64,000 nucleotides of DNA from Naegleria gruberi. Lineage: Eukaryota. The notes under the pieces were generated by a model. It had not been told where the DNA came from. It was given only the letters and a program-made list of their open reading frames with translations, and searched no databases. Location: assembly GCA_000004985.1 (NCBI GenBank), contig GG738922.1; one strand, given 5' to 3'. A program made the position numbers and the translations under genes. Of the stretch, positions 53,941 to 61,729 are shown one piece after another; position 1 is the stretch's first letter; every line of letters starts with the position of its first letter.

Positions 53941-54829
53941 CTATAGTCCTTTACTTGTTTCGATGTAAATGTCTCCTCTCCAAACATGTTTACCAAATAC
54001 ATTACTTTCCAAAGTTTTAAATAGTGTAATAGTTTTGCGTAATAGGATTGATTCAATATCTATATCCATTTCCTGAGCTGCCTCTTCGCATTTTTCATCC
54101 ACAAGTGCACCATTATAAAGTAAACATTCAATTATCTCAATATAATTTCCCATAATTGCAGCGTAGAGAGGAGAAACCTCCCCTTCATTGACACTAATAT
54201 TTCTGAATTGCAATAATAATTTGACAATTTCCAAATATCCTCTTTTGCATGCTGCATAAAGTGGCGTAGTTAAATAAGGATAATCACTACTATCGTGCTC
54301 TAAAGTACTATAAACATATTCATTATTCGTTGGTTCCTGACACAATGAAAAAATTACTAAAAAGGAACTATCCACTTACATCATAATTGAAAATAGCTCT
54401 GTTAACTTCAATATCCTCAAATTTCAATAACCATTTAACCATTTCATAATCACCTATTTTACAAGCATAATACAGTGGAAAATCTTGTTTATCATAATGT
54501 TGAAATGAAGTACTCATTAGATAACAACCATCATTAACATTTATGCCATCAATTGTTAATAATAACTTTACAATATCTCTAAAACCCCGCGTATAGGCAG
54601 CAAATAGATTTGAACAATAATCTGTATAGCAGTGCACTCCCTTGTTGATATTGACTCGTCGTCCCGTAGCTAATAATAATTCAACAATTGCAATATTTCC
54701 GAGTTTACAAGCAGCATATAATGGAGAGGAATAGGAATATTGATCATTAATATCAACTACTTCATCACCTGATAATATTAATTGAACTTGCGAAACATCA
54801 CCATTCATACAGGCTTTGTTGAGAGACAT
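53941..54829 (-). CDS. ankyrin-repeat protein, two exons (54380..54829, 53941..54336)
   Basis: The track start at 54871 is GTG; the ATG is at 54827-54829 (MSLNKACMNGDVSQ...). Exon 1 ends ...AIFNYD with a GTAAGT donor (54374-54379). A 43-nt intron at 54337..54379 (..TGTGTCAG) joins in phase 0 to EPTNNEYVYSTLEHD... There are about 7 ankyrin units (SPLYAACKLGNIAIVELLL, TPLYAACKRGYLEIVKLLL...). Confidence 0.8.
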
Positions 54830-55002
54830 TTTTTTAATTAGTAATTTTACTGCAAATTTGAGACTTAACACTCGATAACTGAACCTTTAGTTTGGGTTTT
54901 TTGTACTTGTGGCACTAACAAGTTCAGCATTGACTGGTTTTGTTTTGCTTGAACTTAACATACATTAATTTATTAAGAACTAATAGAATTACTGAATAAG
55001 AT

Positions 55003-55075
55003 GCCGACATAGCTCAGTTGGGAGAGCGTAAGACTGAAGATCTTAAGGTCCCTGGTTCGATCCCTGGTGTCGGCA
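55003..55075 (+). tRNA. tRNA-Phe (anticodon GAA)
   Basis: GCCGACATAGCTCAGTTGGGAGAGCGTAAGACTGAAGATCTTAAGGTCCCTGGTTCGATCCCTGGTGTCGGCA is near-identical to canonical eukaryotic tRNA-Phe-GAA. TTTT lies 3'. Confidence 0.9.
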
Positions 55076-55169
55076 AATTTTAGTGTCTTTGATAACAGGA
55101 TTCAATTTGCAATAAATCAAATCTGAAATGAAAAGTTGAATATTTATTAATTTTTAAAAAAATAGCACG

Positions 55170-56075
55170 ATGAGTCCTTGCTTGTTAACCGATAACGAAT
55201 TGATGTGTTCCGATACATTGATGCACTCATTTCTATTTCTTGATTTATCAACCATGATTGCTTCATGCTCTCTAGTTTCCAAACAATTCAATCGAGTGGC
55301 AAAGAGCAATCCAATATGGCAAATATTATATGACAAGTGGATGTTTGATAATATGAATGAATTTTACTGGACTTTTAATCATGAGGAATTTATTAATTGT
55401 TTTAAATTATCAAGTGATCAGGAAAATCGGGAAAATCTAGAAGATTGGACTGAACCAAATGACATGGGCCCTTTTTATTGGTTTCGTAAATGTATGGAAA
55501 TATTAGAATGTTTGCCAAGATTGGATTTGAAAGATGAGGAAGGTGAATATGAAACATTTTACTACCAACTGAATAATCGTAATGCAGCAACTGAATCCCA
55601 CTTAAAGTTGGCTACCATTTTGGCAATAATTTATGGTGACTATTCTTTTTCACTTCTTTCAGATTCTGTTGTGATTGCATTGAGAGGTTATTTGACAGAG
55701 AGTGAACAGGAGATTGTTTGTCCTCTTGCGACCTTTTGCATTATGATTTTGAAATCGTCCTATCTGGATTGCTTGGAACTACGAGAAACAGAGAATACTA
55801 ATCTTTGTGTGGCTCCATTTGTGAGTGGAATGTGGATGAATGGATTGATTGATGTTAAGGAATGTTGTTTCTTCAATGTTATGGACGCATGTGGCTATTA
55901 TAATCCATTAAATGGAGAGCTTTCCTATACAAATGAATCAGATGAAGGAGGATTTTCATGGTGTCCCAGATTCTTCAATGCAGGTGGTAGATATTATATC
56001 AACACGATTTGTGCATCCAATATTGGACCTAGTTCTATTAAAGTGGAGAAATCAGAACGTTTCGACTATTACTAG
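55170..56075 (+). CDS. F-box domain protein
   Basis: 301 aa with ATG at 55170. F-box-like N-terminus (DTLMHSFLFLDLSTMIASCSLVSKQFNRVAKSNPIWQILYDKW); the rest is unassigned. Confidence 0.55.
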   Translation: MSPCLLTDNELMCSDTLMHSFLFLDLSTMIASCSLVSKQFNRVAKSNPIWQILYDKWMFDNMNEFYWTFNHEEFINCFKLSSDQENRENLEDWTEPNDMGPFYWFRKCMEILECLPRLDLKDEEGEYETFYYQLNNRNAATESHLKLATILAIIYGDYSFSLLSDSVVIALRGYLTESEQEIVCPLATFCIMILKSSYLDCLELRETENTNLCVAPFVSGMWMNGLIDVKECCFFNVMDACGYYNPLNGELSYTNESDEGGFSWCPRFFNAGGRYYINTICASNIGPSSIKVEKSERFDYY

Positions 56076-56333
56076 ATATGGATGCACCAATATTTGAAGA
56101 TCTTTGAAAATTGAGTTCTGCATCAAGTAACAGATCCTTTCATTAGATTAAATTCACATTTATTTGAAAAATTAGTTTACAATGAACTTTAGGAGAGAAC
56201 TCTATCGGAAGAATTTGTCATCATTACCGATAATAGAACGATACGATTCGAGTCGAATATTAAAAATTTATGTAATTTTGAATTAATTTCCAAGCAATTA
56301 AAGGTTCGGGAATATTTGGAGAAGTATTGGAAG

Positions 56334-57198
56334 ATGGTCTTGTATCAATTTATTCATATTAGATTGGAAATTAATGAGGATGGAAAGGAGATGATTCAAC
56401 CAATCAATCCTTGGGATGTTTGGAAGAAAAAGGATCAAACATTACAGGAATTTGTGGAGAGGAAGAGGTCGTTTAAGAGAAGTTTTGCAATTTTGAATGA
56501 AATGGAAAGGAGAAACTATTTGAATACCAATAAGGCTAATTTTAAACTTTGCATAACTGGACCTGGTGGATCAGGAATTCATAGTTTCATTCATAGATAT
56601 TTAAATGATGTATTTTATGATCAATATGATTATTCAATAGATGACATATTTTACAAAACTATCCTATTTAATGAGAGAAAAGTTGAATTAGAAATTTGGG
56701 AGACTGGTTTTAGGAGTTCTGATTATTACTTGTTCCTGGAATGTAAGTTTCTATAATGTTGTGCAGTATTTACATGAATTAGCAAAACTAAAAGGAGCAA
56801 GGGGATATATTGTGCTTTTACCGATACATGCAGATGTTGACAAGTATGGGGTTTTTGAAAGAATTATTAAATCTATTGTATACATGCATGATGACGAATC
56901 AGTACCTTTATTAATAGGTATCACTCAAATTGATAAGTTGGAGACCAATAGCTCACTAAATTTGGATCAAGTTAAACAAAAAGTTACTGATATAATGAAT
57001 ATGTACTCGTGTTTGGATTTTGAAATTATTGAAACAAGTTCCAAGAGTAATATTAATATTCGTACAGTCATAGAAAAAGCCCTTCTAAAAGGATATTTCT
57101 TCGAAGGATCCAAATATTGCAATAGAAGATTATTATTGGAGAGGGTTATTAAATTAGATACCAAAGTATTCAATTCAAAAAAATGTTTAATTTCGTGA
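56334..57198 (+). CDS. divergent Ras-superfamily small-GTPase-like protein with degenerate G-motifs, two exons (56334..56742, 56783..57198)
   Basis: The track start at 56316 is TTG; the in-frame ATG is 56334. G1-like CITGPGGSGIHS, G3-like ELEIWETG, G4-like LLIGITQIDK (the NKxD position) and G5-like ETSSKSN. A 40-nt intron at 56743..56782 (GTAAGT...TTAG, phase 1) joins ...DYYLFLE|SKLKGARGYIVLL.... The choice of acceptor is uncertain. Confidence 0.5.
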
Positions 57199-57245
57199 TT
57201 ATACTCCAATACCAGCTCTATAATTATTAATTCAGACTGTTGTTT

Positions 57246-58499
57246 CTAAAATTGAATTGAAATATCAGAAAAATAAATGTCACCCAACTTATTTCTGAAT
57301 GCATAGGATGGCACACTGTAATCCAATTTCAAGATAAACAAGACATCATTGTTGGTAATATATACTATTTGATTTTCGTCCTTTCTTGTCTTGAAGAAGG
57401 CCATGAATGGAGGAAATAATTTGTGATGTTTCATTATAATTGCAGATTTCGAACATTTCAATAATTTTGTCTTTCTATCAACAATATTGCACTTGTAAAA
57501 CGAACCAGATGTGGAAACTAATAGTTGTTGCTTTGATTTGAATTCCCTCAAATGAGGTGGAATTTCCAAAATGTATGAATTTTCTGGATATTCAAATTGA
57601 ATAAACTGTCTCTTGTCAATATTTTCTGCAAAATCCATAATGTGAATCTTTTGACAATCGTAAAATGTCGAACCATAAAGAGCTACCTTATTTCCATCTG
57701 AAATAGGAGCTGCCATTTTTGACTGAATCTCACTATTTTCCACTAGAATAGGTTCCTCAATACTGATCAAGCCCACTCTCACCTCTTCATCCATGAACAT
57801 ATTTTCCAAATCTCTAAAACTGCACAATGAAATATAGAATGGTCCATAGTATTGAGAGGCAGAATGGCAAATTAGAAATTGATCATCATTTTGAGAAATT
57901 GCAAATTTCACTTGATCGTAATGATGATTGATGGAAACATCTTTCATTTTCCAAGAAAGAGTTTTTAAACTTAGACTGGCAACCCATGATTTGGACCATC
58001 CTCTTCCAAAAACATAGATTGCTTGGTTTCGTTTAGAATAGATCATATTTCCAAATATGCATGTGAAATTTTCCTTCTCAAAAACTTGATTATTTGTTGT
58101 CTGAATCGGTTTCCAATCATATTCAAAACTTGTATCTAATCCTCCATCTTTTGAATATTTGGTGGCAGGATCCAAGTCAAGCATTAACAATGTTTTCTGA
58201 TATCCCAATTCGAAACTCGATCCACCAAACGAAACTAATGTAGGACTCTTTGTAAGAATGTTTTCTCTGTCCAATAACGTCAAAACTGTCAAATTTCTAT
58301 TCAATCCGTAATGAATATATGGAACTAGGAGCATATCATTGGCAAGACTCATCAACGGAGGTTTTGGAATGAAAGGATTATTATACGAATCTTGATCCGA
58401 TTGTTGCGAAGATTCAACAGGAGCCAATTCGAATCTTTTCTTTCGTTTACGTTGTTCAGACAATGTGATAGAGGCCTGTGGGGGAGGTGGTGGAATCAT
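57246..58499 (-). CDS. hypothetical protein with polyproline N-terminus (MIPPPPPQ...)
   Basis: The track start at 58517 is TTG; the ATG is at 58497-58499. 417 aa, single exon, no recognised domain. Confidence 0.5.
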   Translation of the reverse strand: MIPPPPPQASITLSEQRKRKKRFELAPVESSQQSDQDSYNNPFIPKPPLMSLANDMLLVPYIHYGLNRNLTVLTLLDRENILTKSPTLVSFGGSSFELGYQKTLLMLDLDPATKYSKDGGLDTSFEYDWKPIQTTNNQVFEKENFTCIFGNMIYSKRNQAIYVFGRGWSKSWVASLSLKTLSWKMKDVSINHHYDQVKFAISQNDDQFLICHSASQYYGPFYISLCSFRDLENMFMDEEVRVGLISIEEPILVENSEIQSKMAAPISDGNKVALYGSTFYDCQKIHIMDFAENIDKRQFIQFEYPENSYILEIPPHLREFKSKQQLLVSTSGSFYKCNIVDRKTKLLKCSKSAIIMKHHKLFPPFMAFFKTRKDENQIVYITNNDVLFILKLDYSVPSYAFRNKLGDIYFSDISIQF

Positions 58500-58618
58500 T
58501 TTTTTTAATATTTTCAAAGTTCTTTAGTTCATTTACTTTCAATGGTTGACTTTTGACGTGTGTTTTATTACAAATTTAATGGCCAAACATTTACAAAGAA
58601 ACCTGTGGGATGCATCAA

Positions 58619-59668
58619 TTAATCACTAGTCGATGCACTTGCAACAATGAAAACTTCCTTATCATAATTATAACTAGTCATTGCATGACAGCCCCAAAAT
58701 TCCATTCCTGTACACCAATATCTCGACCATGTTTCATCACCATTTTGTAAGTAATGATTCCATGAATAGTGTTCTGAATTATTTCCATACAAGTATTCTA
58801 TTAAATTTTGAGTTTCTTTGGATGCATCTTGCATTCCATAAGGTGGTGATGAACAATCTTTGAAAATGTTTTCCCATCCTTCTTCTGGTTCAGCATTTTG
58901 TAAAGTTTCATTAAATGAAATTACAATTTCATTGTTGAATGATAATGAAACATATTTTGGCAATTTCCGATTTGAAGTTAGTTGTTTAAAGTTATTTAAC
59001 ATGGATAGAAATGCATTTCCAATATTCATCCTTTTTGAATGTCTAAAATCAGAAATTTTGTAAACAATTGTTGATTTCCAATCGAAAGAAACCTCTGATT
59101 TGGAAAGTAAAATCAAAACTTGACTAGCATCATAATAATTATATGGATTACCAAGTTGTGAACAGACGTGTTTCATTAGCATGAATTTGTGTAAGGAAAT
59201 TATCAAATTTTCCTTCACAATTCCTTTCTCATTATTACAATGATAGAATTTCAATAATTTTTTCAATAGCTCACATGGAGAATAAAGTGAAATTCCAACA
59301 ACACCTCCCTTTTCAGAATATTTAGTATAATCTTCATGAATAAATTCCTCCTCACTCAATAATTTCAATACAAAATCCTTCATTAATGCTTTACAATGAG
59401 TCTCATTATTTTTTGAACAATTGTCGTAAATTAGTGAATTGAATAATTCATCATCACCAGCACGATCGGAAGGAAAATTCAATAAATTATTTAAAAATTG
59501 TTTAAAGTGATAAGAAAATAATAATTTATCCAATTTTGGATTTGTTACTAGTTCATTAAAGGTTCTACACGTCAACGGAATGGAATTTAGCAATGATCTT
59601 AAATCTAGATATGAAAATATAAGAATAAATAGGTCGGCATTCAAGTTGTTATAAAGCGATGGCGACAT
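58619..59668 (-). CDS. F-box domain protein
   Basis: 349 aa with ATG at 59666-59668. Strong F-box at aa 10-50 (LNADLFILIFSYLDLRSLLNSIPLTCRTFNELV). Confidence 0.6.
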   Translation of the reverse strand: MSPSLYNNLNADLFILIFSYLDLRSLLNSIPLTCRTFNELVTNPKLDKLLFSYHFKQFLNNLLNFPSDRAGDDELFNSLIYDNCSKNNETHCKALMKDFVLKLLSEEEFIHEDYTKYSEKGGVVGISLYSPCELLKKLLKFYHCNNEKGIVKENLIISLHKFMLMKHVCSQLGNPYNYYDASQVLILLSKSEVSFDWKSTIVYKISDFRHSKRMNIGNAFLSMLNNFKQLTSNRKLPKYVSLSFNNEIVISFNETLQNAEPEEGWENIFKDCSSPPYGMQDASKETQNLIEYLYGNNSEHYSWNHYLQNGDETWSRYWCTGMEFWGCHAMTSYNYDKEVFIVASASTSD

Positions 59669-59732
59669 TTTTTTAAAGATCAGATTTGTTCTGAAAATGC
59701 ACGAATAAAAATTTCATGGCTCGCCACGTTTA

Positions 59733-59803
59733 CCGTCTCGGGAGGAATCGAACCTCCGTCAATGGATTCAAAGTCCACTATGCTACCATTACACCACGAG
59801 ACG
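59733..59803 (-). tRNA. tRNA-Gln (anticodon TTG)
   Basis: The reverse complement CGTCTCGTGGTGTAATGGTAGCATAGTGGACTTTGAATCCATTGACGGAGGTTCGATTCCTCCCGAGACGG resembles eukaryotic tRNA-Gln-TTG. Acceptor CGTCTCG/CGAGACG, anticodon loop CTTTGAA, T-arm GGAGG-TTCGATT-CCTCC. Confidence 0.85.
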
Positions 59804-59906
59804 AGCTCATTGATCTGAAATTGTATGTTATGAAAAATACTTTACCATAGCTGGAATAAAAATATATTTGTTTGTTTTCTCTTTTATCTTGTTTCAATAT
59901 GATTTG

Positions 59907-61188
59907 TTACCACTCAAGAGAAAGGTCAATCAACTGTGGCATACTTTCGAATAATTGATAATCATCTTCTATTAGCTGATTATCCCTAATTTCAAGCGTT
60001 GCTAAATGACTCAAATTAGCAGAGCATAATGATTTGACACCCTCAACTCCAATATTATTCTCTTCCAAATGCAAACTAGTCAATGATTTCAATTCACACA
60101 AATACTTTACACCCTCATCTCCAATATCATTTTCATTAATCCACAACTCTTTCAACTGCTTCATTCCACTAACAATCTTACAACCTTCAACACCAAATAA
60201 ATTAGTATTGACGTTGAGCTTTGTTAATTGTTTCAATTCTGTTAAGTATGAAAGCCCTTCAATATCTAAATAAATTTCGTATACTTCAAGTGCCGTCAAC
60301 TGTTTCATTTCAGATAAATACTTTGCACCTTCGTTTCTAATATCATTATACGATATATTGAGATACGTCAATTTAGGTAACTCGTTAGAAATCAATTCTG
60401 CACTTTTTTTTGTTATTCCAGTATTCCGCAAGTCAAGATGGGTTAACTGTTTCATTTTACATAAATGAACTAAGCCTTCATCAGTAATTATATTATTACT
60501 AATGCACAACAATGTTAAATTTTTCAATTTGGTTAGTGAGATACCACCTTCAACTGTCAAATTGTTGTTTTGTATGTGTAATTCTCTTAAATTATCCAAT
60601 TCACTAATAATTTTAGCTCCTTCATTTCCAATTTAATTGTAACCAACTTCGAGTGTTGTTAATTTTTTCAAATTTCCTAAATATCTAGCTCCTTCAAGAC
60701 CTATATCAGGGCCATGGAATACATAGTGCTCATTATAATGCAAATCTAGAAACGCTAATGTATCTTACTCCTTCACCTCGAATATTATTCCCAGAAATAT
60801 CAAGATAGGTCAATTGATCCATTTTCCCAATAAATACAGCTCCTTCAGCTCCAATATTATTGAAATCAATATCAAGCTTGGTTAAATGTTTCAATTGACT
60901 AATGAATCTAGCACCTGCAGTACCAATTTCACTACTTGTAATATCCAAACTTTTCAACTGTTCAAATTGAGTAATATTTGTTAATTCCGTAATATTCTTA
61001 TAATCAATTTTCAAATCTACGACACAATTCTTAAATTTACTCTTGCTCATCAAGTGCAATTTTTGATCATTGAATTGTATTTTGTTAAAATCGATTGATA
61101 ATTTTATCATGTCAATAATCAATTCGTTCCACTCCTTGGAAATTAATGAACATTTAGAAATAATGATATGTGAATCGAGGAAGGACAT
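59907..61188 (-). pseudogene. ribonuclease-inhibitor-type LRR protein gene disrupted by a frameshift (~60736-60764) and an in-frame TAA (60633-60635); probable pseudogene or sequence error
   Basis: Track ORFs 60733..61188 (ATG at 61188) and 59907..60599 belong to one LRR series. Reading the downstream ORF frame upstream gives perfect LRRs, AFLDLHYNEHYVFHGPDIGLEGARYLGNLKKLTTLEVGYN*IGNEGAKIISELDNLRELHIQNNNLTVEGG..., with TAA exactly where a residue of the LxxLxLxxNxIGxEGA unit is expected. The upstream ORF ends ...GEGVRYISVSRFAL* in the other frame. Confidence 0.6.
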
Positions 61189-61729
61189 GATTTCACATAC
61201 ATATCATTTGGCAATCGGAGAGGTGGTAGTGTATTCATCATTATTTTTTTTAAATTTTTAAAAATTATAATTTTTTAAAAAATACTGGATTAAATTCTTC
61301 CTCCGATTCAATATGATGTTGAGACAAATGAGGTGATGAACCTCCATTCACCTGTTAGTTATTGTAAGGAATGAGGTTGCGGACTAGATTCTTGTAGAGA
61401 TGAGGTGCTGTCATCATTGAATTGTTTATGGATAAATACCATCAAAATCTTTTAGCCTGATTCCTGGCCAATTTTGTGGTTTCTGTACGGATTCGGAAGT
61501 AGCTGTTGTTGATAAAGTTGTCTCCCATTTTCCAGCTCTACAAGGCAACTTGCATTTTCTGAACACGTTTGGGGTAATTACCAATCTACTAATTGCTAAT
61601 GTGCCAAAGACTTTAGGCTAATTGAGAGGACTATTTATTTTGTTGGCTTGGACCACACGATAATGTGTATGAATCACTCACTTTGTGTGTTGTAAATAAT
61701 GAAAAAACAAACAAATTTACTTTATAGAA

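Noticed and set aside
60633-60635. Possibility that TAA is a sense codon (ciliate-type code), explaining the in-frame TAA in the LRR gene
   Set aside because: Many well-conserved genes in the window terminate on TAA at the expected C-terminus (scramblase, TPR, Sof1, phosphatase), so the standard code is in use.
60742-60770. Treating GTAAGA at ~60763-60768 as an intron donor to bridge the LRR frame jump
   Set aside because: The only in-phase acceptor would give a 14-nt intron, and removing it breaks the LRR periodicity.
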